A stretch of DNA of 64,000 bases, taken from IMG/VR virus record IMGVR_UViG_3300048113_001121, positions 96,001 to 160,000 of that record, one strand, 5' to 3'. Source of the stretch: a virus. Below the pieces are notes generated by a model that made no database searches, had not been told where the DNA came from, and saw nothing but the letters and a program-made list of their open reading frames with translations. Each line of letters opens with the position of its first letter. The first letter of the stretch is position 1. The position numbers and the translations under genes are program-made. Positions 25,795 through 35,630 of this stretch are shown in pieces.

Positions 25795-27108
25795 TTAAAC
25801 CTCTTTAATGGTAATACACGGGTTAAATGTACCCATTGATTTTGAAACTCCAGGTTTAACATCTCCTGACCCTTTACCAAATGGTTCTTTAGGTCCATAT
25901 ACGATTCTCTTCGTAGTTTCACCACTTACTTCTTCATCAATATAAGCACATACCATAGGTGCCTCTCCGTGATATGTCCCACCTGGTCGTTGTGAAGACC
26001 TAGGTCTTAATAAGGTACCTTCAGTTCCTTTAATAGTCATATACACCTTTCCGTTTTTACTTTTAGATACTATCTTTGCTAACTGTTCTTTACTCACTGA
26101 AATCAAACTATAAACTGTATCGCCTTCTTGTTCAGGTGCCCTACGTTCGACATTTTCTTGATTTAAACCAATCATCGCCCCTTTCTCATTTCTTCGCTCA
26201 CCATTATTCATGTTTGAAATACCCACAGGTATTCCATTACAAGAAACTGTAAATGTTGCGTAATCACATTTATGGTTAGTACTACTTCTTTTCATTGTAA
26301 TACCCGTATCCATGGCACTCATATCTTGTTTGAAATATCCAACAATAATTTTAAGTCCTGTGGCACATTCAGTTAATCTAACAATATCGTCTCTATCTAA
26401 TGGTTTTTGCTCTAATTTTATAAAACCGTTAACAATAACATATTGTCCGGGGCCTTTATACTTATTTGAATCTCTTTTCTCATCAGTACAACCACCCGTA
26501 TCAGTAATACGGTATTCTGTTTTCTTTGGAGCCTTCAAATCTTTACCAACACCAAAACCTAAACTTTTACCGTTTTTATTAATATATGAGACCATATTCC
26601 CCCATCTACTATCGGCATAACCTTTATTTTTATTCCAATTACTATCCCCTTCTTTTGGTAGATTCACATATAGTTCTGAAGATAATTTTGACGATTCTAT
26701 CGGTTTACCACGATAATGAGTAGGTTGTAAAGGTCCGTTAAGGTAATTACTTGCAGACCCAATAACGTTATCAACTCTAACAAGTACTAAATCATATTTG
26801 GCATTTAATTGTTTACTCGACAATTCATCCTCAACCTGTTGTTTTAGTTGTAATAGTGCGTCTTGATAAACTTCATCACTTGAACCTGCCGTTGGGAAAT
26901 AAGCTCTTAAATGAAATTTGACTACCGCTGGTACATCACCACCTGTACCAAATTTTCCGTTTTCGTCTTTATATCTTATCTCGGTCTTTATAAATGGGGG
27001 TTTAATTTCATTAGTGCCCGTACATTTATTTGATTCGGCCTGTTCTGAAATTACCTTTTTTACGATATTTTCAATATCTATTTCTGTTAATTTTATTATC
27101 TTTCCCAT
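25795..27108 (-). CDS. Large hypothetical protein with an N-terminal LTE motif
   Basis: MGKIIKLTEIDIENIVKKVISEQ. Confidence 0.75.
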   Translation of the reverse strand: MGKIIKLTEIDIENIVKKVISEQAESNKCTGTNEIKPPFIKTEIRYKDENGKFGTGGDVPAVVKFHLRAYFPTAGSSDEVYQDALLQLKQQVEDELSSKQLNAKYDLVLVRVDNVIGSASNYLNGPLQPTHYRGKPIESSKLSSELYVNLPKEGDSNWNKNKGYADSRWGNMVSYINKNGKSLGFGVGKDLKAPKKTEYRITDTGGCTDEKRDSNKYKGPGQYVIVNGFIKLEQKPLDRDDIVRLTECATGLKIIVGYFKQDMSAMDTGITMKRSSTNHKCDYATFTVSCNGIPVGISNMNNGERRNEKGAMIGLNQENVERRAPEQEGDTVYSLISVSKEQLAKIVSKSKNGKVYMTIKGTEGTLLRPRSSQRPGGTYHGEAPMVCAYIDEEVSGETTKRIVYGPKEPFGKGSGDVKPGVSKSMGTFNPCITIKEV

Positions 27109-27254
27109 TACTTTTTTATTTCATTTGTATTATGTATAGTGACATTACCATAAACATCCTCCACTTCAAATTTATCTGAAACTTCTTCAATGTTAATAAC
27201 TTCTATTTCTCTAATATCTTTCTCTTCGTTTATATTAGTCTTGTTTTGACTCAT
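27108..27254 (-). CDS. Small hypothetical protein
   Basis: ORF track 27108-27293; internal start MSQNKTNINEE preferred because it shortens the overlap. Confidence 0.5.
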   Translation of the reverse strand: MSQNKTNINEEKDIREIEVINIEEVSDKFEVEDVYGNVTIHNTNEIKK

Positions 27255-27477
27255 TTTCTGATTTTTTAGCGAACGCTTTAACTGTTGATACACCTAACAT
27301 AGTCGCCGAAAATATTAACATAGAGTTAAATAAATCCTCATTTATTGTGAACCAATGAAAACCGTCACCAATAAAGGCAATACATACTAAAACACCTGAA
27401 ATAATTCCTAGTGTCTTTTTAGATGAGTATTTATTGTCTTTTTTATCTTCTGTAAAAATATCTTGTATAAATTTCAT
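27235..27477 (-). CDS. Small two-TM membrane protein (holin-like)
   Basis: Two hydrophobic helices and a charged C-terminus. Confidence 0.6.
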   Translation of the reverse strand: MKFIQDIFTEDKKDNKYSSKKTLGIISGVLVCIAFIGDGFHWFTINEDLFNSMLIFSATMLGVSTVKAFAKKSENESKQD

Positions 27478-27523
27478 AACTTATAGTGTTTTACTATAAA
27501 TATCCGTTTTTTCATTTAAATTC

Positions 27524-27868
27524 TTACTTCCAAAATAATTGTATACCTATTAGACTACACGCTAAGAATAAAGAAATGATAGTTTTAGTAGTAATACCTT
27601 CACCTAAGAAATACCAAGTTAAAAAAGTAAAAGAAATAATACCTGAACCAAAGGCGATGAACCTACCTGGCCATAACAGTCCGTCAAAGTGTTCAACCAT
27701 GAATCTTGTAGCGTAAATTAACACATAACTTATACTTGAACCCATAAAAATTGAAATTAAGAGTGGGTTTTTCTTAAACCAAGGCCAAACAAACTGACCG
27801 TTGGTCTGAAACCATATTGCCGCTTGTCCAATAAAGAAAAGAATGAAACCTATTAATAATTTATTCAT
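27524..27868 (-). CDS. Four-TM membrane protein
   Basis: Four hydrophobic segments. Confidence 0.7.
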   Translation of the reverse strand: MNKLLIGFILFFIGQAAIWFQTNGQFVWPWFKKNPLLISIFMGSSISYVLIYATRFMVEHFDGLLWPGRFIAFGSGIISFTFLTWYFLGEGITTKTIISLFLACSLIGIQLFWK

Positions 27869-27919
27869 AATTTTTAATTTTATGAGTAAAATAGGTGTTT
27901 TTAGGGTAAATTAAAGGTT

Positions 27920-28558
27920 CTATTTAGTTAATGTTGGTAATTTGCTTACAGCTATGTCTGAATATCGGTCAATTAACCTTTCTATTTCAGAATAATCCCT
28001 AAATCCACTTTCAATATTATTACCTAACCCGTATTTTTTACGAATATACTTAAGTGCCTTGTAAATTTTAGGAAATGTACAACTATCATCATAGGCATCA
28101 AAAATATATGTTGTCATCTCATCTTTAATAAATTTTATAGGGTCCTGATGGTCATCTACCTGTTCAAGAATTTCAATTATTGTTTGGTCCATCCAATCTT
28201 TGGGTACATCCCAATCTGAATTATAATCATATTTAAATTTCATAGTAGGTTTACCCCCATAACCACCGTATTCTATGGTTACTGGATAGTTTTCAAGATT
28301 CCAATCTATCAAATCAATCTTTATATCACATTTTTCTCCATTATATTCATGATATTTGTGTTCCGAATCTAAAATTTCTTGAACTTCCTTCATCATATGT
28401 TGTTTCATATCACTAATTCCGTAATATTTACCTAAAATATCCAAATATTCTTCCATATTTTGAAATTTCCACCCAAAAAATAAACTATCTTTTATTCTTG
28501 GGGTCTCTGTTCGTCCCCAAAATTTCATTAAAACATTAATCTTATCTTTATAATCCAT
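27920..28558 (-). CDS. Hypothetical protein
   Basis: ORF track. Confidence 0.7.
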   Translation of the reverse strand: MDYKDKINVLMKFWGRTETPRIKDSLFFGWKFQNMEEYLDILGKYYGISDMKQHMMKEVQEILDSEHKYHEYNGEKCDIKIDLIDWNLENYPVTIEYGGYGGKPTMKFKYDYNSDWDVPKDWMDQTIIEILEQVDDHQDPIKFIKDEMTTYIFDAYDDSCTFPKIYKALKYIRKKYGLGNNIESGFRDYSEIERLIDRYSDIAVSKLPTLTK

Positions 28559-28561
28559 ATC

Positions 28562-29551
28562 TTAGTCTCTATATGTTGATGTTTCATAATTTACACCTTT
28601 TACCCACCCATAATCAGATAAAATATCTTCAATCTTTTGTTCAAAAATATATGTATCTAACCTATTCCAACCTTGAGTACACTCAGACCTATAACGTGGA
28701 TGTATTTGAACTTCTATGTCTTCTAATTTTTTTCTATATCTAAATACGATAGAATGAACACACGATTTACCTCTAGGTAGATTTTTTATTTCAGGTTTAA
28801 TCTTCTTGTTAACTACATTTTTAACATAACTATCAAAATCTTCAAATAAAACATATGTGGTTTTAACACTTACAGACTTTTGTCTTGCATCATAATTACT
28901 ACTATTCGCATTAACTAATCTGTTCCATATTCTACTTACAAAATCTCTAGTATTCTTGGCTTTTTTTATATTATCACCAGATTCCAATAACTTTTCAAGA
29001 TTTATTATTGGTTGTACATATAAATCCCCCCATCTAATTTCCTTAAAATTTAATTTTAACCAATCGGGGTACATTTTAGGGTTACCTTTTTTATGTATTT
29101 CTAAAAATTTTTCTAATGTTGGTAATAATTCAGTCGCCCTTTCTTCTTTTTGTTTAGCCTTTATTTTGTATACAACAGAATTAACGTGATTTTTTAAATT
29201 TCTAAGATAAATTGCTGATGTTCTTGGTATTTTCTTATCATTATATTGATTTTTACGTCCTTTATAATAGGTGAACAATTCTGTACGGTCATCCTCATCA
29301 TATTCTCTAATAAGAGTTAACGCAGACGCGATAACTAATTCATCATAAATTTTTACTATTTCATCTAAACTTAAATCTTCAATAGTATTGATATTAAATG
29401 ATAAGTTATCAATATTAACAATAGGGTTATTCTCAATACCCGTTAAAGGGTGGTCGTATTCAAAATCACGAGTACTCAATTGAGGGTGGTCCTCATATGG
29501 TACCGCATAACCACTTAAACTATCTATTAACTTATCGTATATTGACATCAT
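28562..29551 (-). CDS. Hypothetical protein
   Basis: ORF track; TATTTAT upstream. Confidence 0.7.
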   Translation of the reverse strand: MMSIYDKLIDSLSGYAVPYEDHPQLSTRDFEYDHPLTGIENNPIVNIDNLSFNINTIEDLSLDEIVKIYDELVIASALTLIREYDEDDRTELFTYYKGRKNQYNDKKIPRTSAIYLRNLKNHVNSVVYKIKAKQKEERATELLPTLEKFLEIHKKGNPKMYPDWLKLNFKEIRWGDLYVQPIINLEKLLESGDNIKKAKNTRDFVSRIWNRLVNANSSNYDARQKSVSVKTTYVLFEDFDSYVKNVVNKKIKPEIKNLPRGKSCVHSIVFRYRKKLEDIEVQIHPRYRSECTQGWNRLDTYIFEQKIEDILSDYGWVKGVNYETSTYRD

Positions 29552-29757
29552 ACTTATAAATATTAGTAGTAAGTAAAAAAAAAATACAATAACTTTTTTA
29601 AATCGTTTTTATTTACTACTTTTATAAAAAGAAATTATATGTTAAAAAAAATAAGAGTGTTTTTGAATTACCTAAAATGGTTAGAGGAAAAAAGAATCGA
29701 AGCCGCAATTAAAACAGGTAGCCCGGGGGCTTTAATGTAAATCTAAAAGTAAAAAAG

Positions 29758-30000
29758 ATGAAAGAAATAATAAGAAAGGTTAAATCAATGTTTGTAAAAA
29801 CACCAACCAAACCATTTATATGGCACCCTGAAGATTGGGAAACAGCTAAAAAGTACGCGAAGAGTCAACCCCACCCTGAAAATGATAAAGAATCATTGTG
29901 GGAATATGCCCAAAAATCACCATTAGATGATAGTTCTTATGTCTTATCAAGAATTAATGAATATTTAGAAAAATTAAAAAACCAAAACAAAGATGAGTAA
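29758..30000 (+). CDS. Hypothetical protein
   Basis: ORF track. Confidence 0.65.
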   Translation: MKEIIRKVKSMFVKTPTKPFIWHPEDWETAKKYAKSQPHPENDKESLWEYAQKSPLDDSSYVLSRINEYLEKLKNQNKDE

Positions 30001-30163
30001 AATAGAAGATTTAGTTTATAGTGCACATGATTTAAATAAACGTAAAGAATTATTTAAAAATGTTTCCTTGATTAAAAGTGAAAAACCTAATATGTTATTA
30101 GAAGATGTTTATGAATTGGCGTATCAAAAAACTATTAAAGAAAATAACACCAAAGAGAGATGA
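29993..30163 (+). CDS. Small hypothetical protein (56 aa)
   Basis: Manual translation MSKIEDLVYSAHDLNKRKELFKNV...; overlaps both neighbours in a way consistent with translational coupling. Confidence 0.6.
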   Translation: MSKIEDLVYSAHDLNKRKELFKNVSLIKSEKPNMLLEDVYELAYQKTIKENNTKER

Positions 30164-30414
30164 CTGAAAAAGACTTAATTAGCTTAGATTTTACTCACAA
30201 TGATGAAACAGCTGAGAATAGTGGAGCACCAAATGACTTTCACTACTACACATATGACATAGGTAGTTTCAGTTTAATCTCTCCATCAAGTGACGAGGTT
30301 GAGGAAGATGGGTGGTATGTTGAGGTATTTGAAACTCCGGAGATTAGATTTACTAATCCTACAGAGTTGAGTATTCTATTGACGTTACTAACGAACAATT
30401 ATACAGAAAGATGA
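30160..30414 (+). CDS. Hypothetical protein
   Basis: ORF track. Confidence 0.65.
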   Translation: MTEKDLISLDFTHNDETAENSGAPNDFHYYTYDIGSFSLISPSSDEVEEDGWYVEVFETPEIRFTNPTELSILLTLLTNNYTER

Positions 30415-30490
30415 AAGAAGAAAGAATTTATACAATAATTAATATTCTTACAGTGATTGGATTTTTTACTCTAATGATACTCGGCTCAAA

Positions 30491-30730
30491 ATGACAGAAG
30501 AGCAAATTGATAGAATTATAGAAATGGCTTGGGAGGATAGGACCCCTTTTGAGGCAATAGAATTCCAATTCGGTATCAAAGAAAATGAGGTTCGTAAGAT
30601 AATGAGGAAAGAACTTAAAGAATCTTCATTTAAAATGTGGAGAGAACGAGTTAAAGGTAGAAAAACTAAACACTCCAAAAACAGTGATAGTGTTAGATTT
30701 AAAAGTAAGAACCAAAGAGCAAATAATTAA
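30491..30730 (+). CDS. TIGR03643/DUF2805-like protein
   Basis: IDRIIEMAWEDRTPFEAI..QFG....VRKIMR...SFKMWRERV.GRKTKH. Confidence 0.75.
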   Translation: MTEEQIDRIIEMAWEDRTPFEAIEFQFGIKENEVRKIMRKELKESSFKMWRERVKGRKTKHSKNSDSVRFKSKNQRANN

Positions 30731-30735
30731 AAATT

Positions 30736-31017
30736 ATGATTAAAAAGAAATACAAAAAAGAGGATAGAGAACTACTCGACTCAATTAAAGAACTAAACAG
30801 AACTGCGGTTGTTTTAGAAATTAAATTGGTGGGGACATCAAAAGTTAAAGATAATTTAATTTATGAATGTACTTATCTTGATGGTAAAACAGAAAAGACG
30901 GTTTCAATCATCGCACAGGATGTAACTCAAGCGTTGGCTAAATTAGAACAATTTACTAATTCAGGAATCCCTCAATCAGTATTAAAATATATGTTAGGAA
31001 GTGAAAGATACACATAA
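30736..31017 (+). CDS. Hypothetical protein
   Basis: ORF track. Confidence 0.65.
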   Translation: MIKKKYKKEDRELLDSIKELNRTAVVLEIKLVGTSKVKDNLIYECTYLDGKTEKTVSIIAQDVTQALAKLEQFTNSGIPQSVLKYMLGSERYT

Positions 31018-31381
31018 TAAAATATTAGTTAAAGTAATAAGGTGGGGGTTAAGACTACACTCCATATTTCATGTAGTTGAGTTTTTCTCCGCACTTTATG
31101 AAACCGCATACCTCACTGCAGTTATCGCATTTATCGCAACCATAATTGAAATTTTAGCTAGTATATATCTACCTAAGGAGCACGTACACTTTAAAGGTGT
31201 AATTAATGAAGTTCACGAAAATTGTGAAGAAGATGAAAACGAATGGGACGAAGAACATGCATTAGATATGGTACTTAATGATATGATTAAAGATATTGAT
31301 GAGGATGAATTAGATATACCAAATAAGCGTATTCTAACATATAGAAGGAGAGATGTCGGTGAAAATTCAAAAACTGATTAA
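31001..31381 (+). CDS. Hypothetical membrane protein with an acidic tail
   Basis: ORF track. Confidence 0.6.
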   Translation: MKDTHNKILVKVIRWGLRLHSIFHVVEFFSALYETAYLTAVIAFIATIIEILASIYLPKEHVHFKGVINEVHENCEEDENEWDEEHALDMVLNDMIKDIDEDELDIPNKRILTYRRRDVGENSKTD

Positions 31382-31383
31382 AT

Positions 31384-31414
31384 AAAAAAAACCCAACATT
31401 TGTTGGGTTTTTTT
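31384..31414. terminator. Bidirectional intrinsic terminator
   Basis: A8-CCCAAC-ATTT-GTTGGG-T7 between convergent genes. Confidence 0.8.
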
Positions 31415-31417
31415 ATT

Positions 31418-31537
31418 CTACTTTTTCTTTATTATTTTACTGATGAGGTATTCACCTAAATGCCAACCTATACTTCCTCCGAGTGTAAGACCGAAACCTC
31501 CGATAAACACTCCAATAAATAATTCTATTAAAAACAT
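31418..31537 (-). CDS. Small Gly-rich hydrophobic peptide (39 aa)
   Basis: Manual translation MFLIELFIGVFIGGFGLTLGGSIGWHLGEYLISKIIKKK*. Confidence 0.55.
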   Translation of the reverse strand: MFLIELFIGVFIGGFGLTLGGSIGWHLGEYLISKIIKKK

Positions 31538-31539
31538 AA

Positions 31540-31812
31540 TTATCTGATTTGTACTTTTTGAAATAATCCTTCCATTATTTCTTCAATTGCTCCCATAACA
31601 TTATATTGGTCATCACCCCAATTATGTTTATGATTTTCAATTATCTTATCCATACTTTTTCTTATGTCCATTTCTAATACTTGCCACTTATCTTTTGGTA
31701 GTTCTTCTTCCCACCAATTTTCAGACAAGTTTACTTTTTTAGTGGACACACTTTCATGTAACCCTAAGATTCTATTTTTTTCAGATTCATTTATGTTAAA
31801 TAAATCTTTCAT
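31540..31812 (-). CDS. Hypothetical protein with an N-terminal INESE motif
   Basis: MKDLFNINESEKNRILGLHE. Confidence 0.7.
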   Translation of the reverse strand: MKDLFNINESEKNRILGLHESVSTKKVNLSENWWEEELPKDKWQVLEMDIRKSMDKIIENHKHNWGDDQYNVMGAIEEIMEGLFQKVQIR

Positions 31813-31814
31813 AT

Positions 31815-32342
31815 TTACTCCTCGTCTTGATTAAGGTCCATATTCTGAAGTTCACCTTTAATATCTCTTTTGTATAAGTTAGAAATATCTCTAAGTTTTT
31901 GGATGTAACCACCGAAGTTGTCAGCAACTAACTCATCACGTTCTAGTCCACGTACAAAGTCGTTTATCTTTTTTACAAAATCATCGTTATATGAAAGTAC
32001 GCGAGCTCTTGCACTTCTTTGGTCATTTGCTTCATTCTTCTCATCACGTTCTTTTCTTCGAGCTTCTCTTTTCTCCTCACGTTCTTTTCTTCGAGCATCT
32101 CTTCTATCTTGACGTTCAGATTTTCTTACACCTCTGTTTGCCCCGATACCTTTAAGAGCCGCTTTCAACCTGTTTTGTTCATCTAATTCAGATTCAGATT
32201 CACTAATTAAAGTTGGAACTTCACCTAACTTCTTATTTACCATATTAGAGAAATTCTCTACGGTTATCTTTTTACCGCCAGCGTGTTGTTCACGAATAGA
32301 GTTCATCTCTTCTTGGCTCATGTCATTTAATAAATGTTTCAT
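31815..32342 (-). CDS. Hypothetical protein with a highly charged R/E/K segment
   Basis: RQDRRDARRKEREEKREARRKERDEK. Confidence 0.7.
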   Translation of the reverse strand: MKHLLNDMSQEEMNSIREQHAGGKKITVENFSNMVNKKLGEVPTLISESESELDEQNRLKAALKGIGANRGVRKSERQDRRDARRKEREEKREARRKERDEKNEANDQRSARARVLSYNDDFVKKINDFVRGLERDELVADNFGGYIQKLRDISNLYKRDIKGELQNMDLNQDEE

Positions 32343-32385
32343 AGTCTAATTGTTTTATTTATAAATATCGGTTAAATGGAAAAAC

Positions 32386-32853
32386 CTACCTCTGTATTGA
32401 ATCTATATTACTTATAATAAGACTGTCAGGAATAATAAGCGGTTTAATCTCAACATGACGCTCTTCACCACCTACAGGTTTTTTTGTATAACAGTAAACC
32501 GCTACACCTTCAATATCATAATAAAAATATTGTTTAGTATTTTTATTTAAAAATGCCCGATAGATACCATTGTTTTCATCAACGTATATAACTTGACCTG
32601 ATTCCGTATCACTTCTTAATCCAATTGAAAAGCTTTTTTTCTTATTTGTTCGGTCTTGCTCATATTGGTCAATGTGTTTATCCATTCTATCTAAGGATTC
32701 ATTTATTTGTTCGTACTGTTGGACAAGGTCATTTAAATCATTAGCATAATTAATAACAGGACCAACATAATTGATTAGTGTAATAGTTGCACCAATTGCG
32801 GTGACCGCAAAAATTACTTTACTAAATTTATCTTTGAATACATTGAACTCCAT
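32386..32853 (-). CDS. Hypothetical TM and coiled-coil protein
   Basis: ORF track. Confidence 0.7.
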   Translation of the reverse strand: MEFNVFKDKFSKVIFAVTAIGATITLINYVGPVINYANDLNDLVQQYEQINESLDRMDKHIDQYEQDRTNKKKSFSIGLRSDTESGQVIYVDENNGIYRAFLNKNTKQYFYYDIEGVAVYCYTKKPVGGEERHVEIKPLIIPDSLIISNIDSIQR

Positions 32854-32908
32854 TTCTATAAATATCTTATAAAAATAAAACCCCCATATTTCTATGAGGG
32901 TATTTTTG

Positions 32909-32992
32909 TTATTTTAGATGTGAACCATCACAATAACCGTTAGGGTCTGTTGTGTTCCCACATCCACATTGGGGTCTGTCTGTCGTTTTCAT
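32909..32992 (-). CDS. Minimal CDGSH-type iron-sulfur peptide (27 aa)
   Basis: Manual translation MKTTDRPQCGCGNTTDPNGYCDGSHLK*; followed by a terminator-like hairpin. Confidence 0.7.
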   Translation of the reverse strand: MKTTDRPQCGCGNTTDPNGYCDGSHLK

Positions 32993-32994
32993 AT

Positions 32995-33069
32995 TTAAAG
33001 GTCCCATACGGACTTACGTTTTCTTTTTTTTATGATAAGACGAATAAAAAATATTAACTTTTTAATCAT
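32995..33069 (-). CDS. Small basic peptide (24 aa)
   Basis: Manual translation MIKKLIFFIRLIIKKRKRKSVWDL*; fills the gap between 33069 and the CDGSH ORF. Confidence 0.4.
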   Translation of the reverse strand: MIKKLIFFIRLIIKKRKRKSVWDL

Positions 33070-33254
33070 TATCTACTTAGTTCTTCAACTCGACTCATAA
33101 TATAAGCCTTTTTACGTTCAAGGAATTCAACCTTTTGAGTATCTTCGGCATTTAAATCGAATTTATTCATTTTAATCTGATTAATCTGATTTTCCAATCT
33201 ATGATATTCAGATAAGAACTCATCATATCTCGCAGCTTTATTTTCTTGATTCAT
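33069..33254 (-). CDS. Small coiled-coil protein
   Basis: ORF track. Confidence 0.6.
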   Translation of the reverse strand: MNQENKAARYDEFLSEYHRLENQINQIKMNKFDLNAEDTQKVEFLERKKAYIMSRVEELSR

Positions 33255-33469
33255 AATTTAATTTTTTAATAATATAATATTATTAATTAATTAGTACAGA
33301 GCTAATACGAAAACAACCGTCATGATTATAACGTATAGTATGTTGGATATGTCTATTTTTTTATTTTTCATTCCGATAAATAGAACCTATTATCTGAAGA
33401 GCATAAAAAATCCCTCTGAATTAGAGGGATTTAATAATAATATAATAATTTGTTAATAATTAATTTCCT

Positions 33470-34210
33470 TTACACTGCAACTTTAGTACATCCTGTGTCA
33501 ATACATCTTTGTATTTTATCAGTTCTTTTCTTTCGTACACCCACACCAGGCATTTCATTGATGTATTTAGGACATTCTTTACAGTCGATATCATTCACGG
33601 GTGTTCTATCTAATGGTTTTTTATCTAACATTTGACCTTTACACATTCCGTCAGGTATACATATACCTAAACAGTTAGCCAATCCACATGCGTCATTCTT
33701 ATGTTTCTCAAAACATGATATTGATTTCTTACAACCAACTGTAACCTTATCAGTGGGTGCCAAATTTTTTGTTTCGTCCGCACCTACACCAGGTTTGTTC
33801 TTAATTGGTTCTTTTTTCTTACAACTACATTTTATAGGTTTTAAACATGAACCTGCACCTTCCATTAATTTAGCTAATGTTTTTGGTCCAACAAGACCAT
33901 CCATAGTTATACTAACTGATTTTTGGAATGCACGAACAGCTTTAGCCGTTTCAGTGTTAAATTTACCGTCACATTTTGTATGGTCCTTATCACACCCAAC
34001 TTTCATTCCTCCACCGAAATTCTCTTTATTAAATCCACATTTAGCCAATGCGTTTTGTATAAGTTTTACATCCTCACCGGCATTACCTTTACCTAATACT
34101 TTCGTTTTACACTGTATAGGACAAAGTGGGCTTTGAGACGATTGTTCATTAAGAACACGTTTAATGATGTTCTCCAAATCTGATTCCGTTAATTTTATTT
34201 TCTTTTTCAT
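33470..34210 (-). CDS. Peptidoglycan-binding (PG_binding_1) Cys-rich protein with an N-terminal LTESDL motif
   Basis: GEDVKLIQNAL...DGKFNTETAKAVRAFQ...DGLVGPKT. Confidence 0.8.
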   Translation of the reverse strand: MKKKIKLTESDLENIIKRVLNEQSSQSPLCPIQCKTKVLGKGNAGEDVKLIQNALAKCGFNKENFGGGMKVGCDKDHTKCDGKFNTETAKAVRAFQKSVSITMDGLVGPKTLAKLMEGAGSCLKPIKCSCKKKEPIKNKPGVGADETKNLAPTDKVTVGCKKSISCFEKHKNDACGLANCLGICIPDGMCKGQMLDKKPLDRTPVNDIDCKECPKYINEMPGVGVRKKRTDKIQRCIDTGCTKVAV

Positions 34211-34220
34211 AATATTGTTT

Positions 34221-34580
34221 TTATTTCTTAGTTAGCGTTATATCAGCCAAAATACCTTTAACCTCTATTTTATTTTTATTATTTTTTATAGAATTAGTGA
34301 TATAGGTTAATTTTTTATAGGGTAATTCATTGGTTTTACCTGTATTATCTGTCATGTAATATTTCCCATCTTTTTTATAAATATATTTAACTCCCACAGG
34401 TCCATCATAAAGTGGGGTATCAACCGTAACTGAATATTTATTTGTAATGTCTTTGTACTTAGTAAGAATTGGACCACCATGTGTAGAGTTAGCCGAGGAT
34501 AGAGTTACACCATGTAATGTTATCGATTCATTGATAGTACCAACATACTCTTTTAATATCTTACTAATTAATTCTTTCAT
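34221..34580 (-). CDS. Hypothetical protein
   Basis: MKELISKILKEYVGTINE N-terminus. Confidence 0.65.
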   Translation of the reverse strand: MKELISKILKEYVGTINESITLHGVTLSSANSTHGGPILTKYKDITNKYSVTVDTPLYDGPVGVKYIYKKDGKYYMTDNTGKTNELPYKKLTYITNSIKNNKNKIEVKGILADITLTKK

Positions 34581-34599
34581 AACTTATTTATAAATATAT

Positions 34600-35607
34600 T
34601 TAAATACCGTTTAAGTTCTCAGTTTTATAAACTATTGATTCGTGGTCAATAAACCCTAACCCTTTTGGTGTTGGGAATTTATTAATCGGGGTAGCAACAC
34701 AAAATAGTGGATTTAAAGTTACCGTGACTGGCTGATATTTTCTTAAAACTATCATCGACTTTCCTCCTCCATTCTTTTTCGTTACCGGTGCAACTAATAT
34801 TAAATAATCAATATTATTTTCCATAATATATACACCGTTACGAGAATAAACTCGGATACCACCTTTTTTCTTACTATTAAGAATCTCAGGATTGATTTTA
34901 TCACAACTGGTCTCTTCGACAGAGTTTAAAGAATTTACCGTTTTTATTTGTATCTTATAAACCTTACCATCTTTAGACATAATAGCGTCGACACCAAGTT
35001 TAGTATCAATAGGACTACCTTCCGATGCCATGTAATTTAATTCATAACCGAACTTCTCCATTTCACTCACAGCGAATATTTCATTTTCAGTTCCCGTTGA
35101 GGTGTTCTTTCTATTATTTAAAACATAATCATCAAACCTACCTTCCAAATATTTTGTATAGTAATATTCAGGGTTGGATAACATTTTATTAGATAACTCT
35201 AACATAAATGAACCATTACCATCATTTAGGTCATTAAGACGTTTACAAATACATTCACCCTCACCAATTAAAATATCACTAATCAATACAGATAAATCAC
35301 TATAATTAGTATTTAATTTATTTATCGGGACCCAATCATTATTATCATCATACACCATTTTAATATTCATAAGACTATCAACTTTCTTATCAGAATAATT
35401 AAAGTAGGTTTTTAATACATCAGCATCTTTTTTAAACTGTTCAGATTCGGGGTCGAGTACTTTCCTAACATCTTTCAACATTAAGTCTATAGGCTTTTGA
35501 AATGTATTACGAGTTCGAGGGGTGTTTAATTTCTTCTTAAAGTTATCGATACAACTTTGTTTTAAACAATTCTCTTTGAACTGACTATTTGTGATTATTA
35601 CATCCAT
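34600..35607 (-). CDS. Hypothetical protein with a PD-(D/E)xK-like motif, probable distant paralogue of 21906-22982
   Basis: TSTGTENEIFA...DTKLGVDAIMSKDGKVYKIQIK. Confidence 0.6.
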   Translation of the reverse strand: MDVIITNSQFKENCLKQSCIDNFKKKLNTPRTRNTFQKPIDLMLKDVRKVLDPESEQFKKDADVLKTYFNYSDKKVDSLMNIKMVYDDNNDWVPINKLNTNYSDLSVLISDILIGEGECICKRLNDLNDGNGSFMLELSNKMLSNPEYYYTKYLEGRFDDYVLNNRKNTSTGTENEIFAVSEMEKFGYELNYMASEGSPIDTKLGVDAIMSKDGKVYKIQIKTVNSLNSVEETSCDKINPEILNSKKKGGIRVYSRNGVYIMENNIDYLILVAPVTKKNGGGKSMIVLRKYQPVTVTLNPLFCVATPINKFPTPKGLGFIDHESIVYKTENLNGI

Positions 35608-35630
35608 AATTTATAAATAGGTTAATTGTT

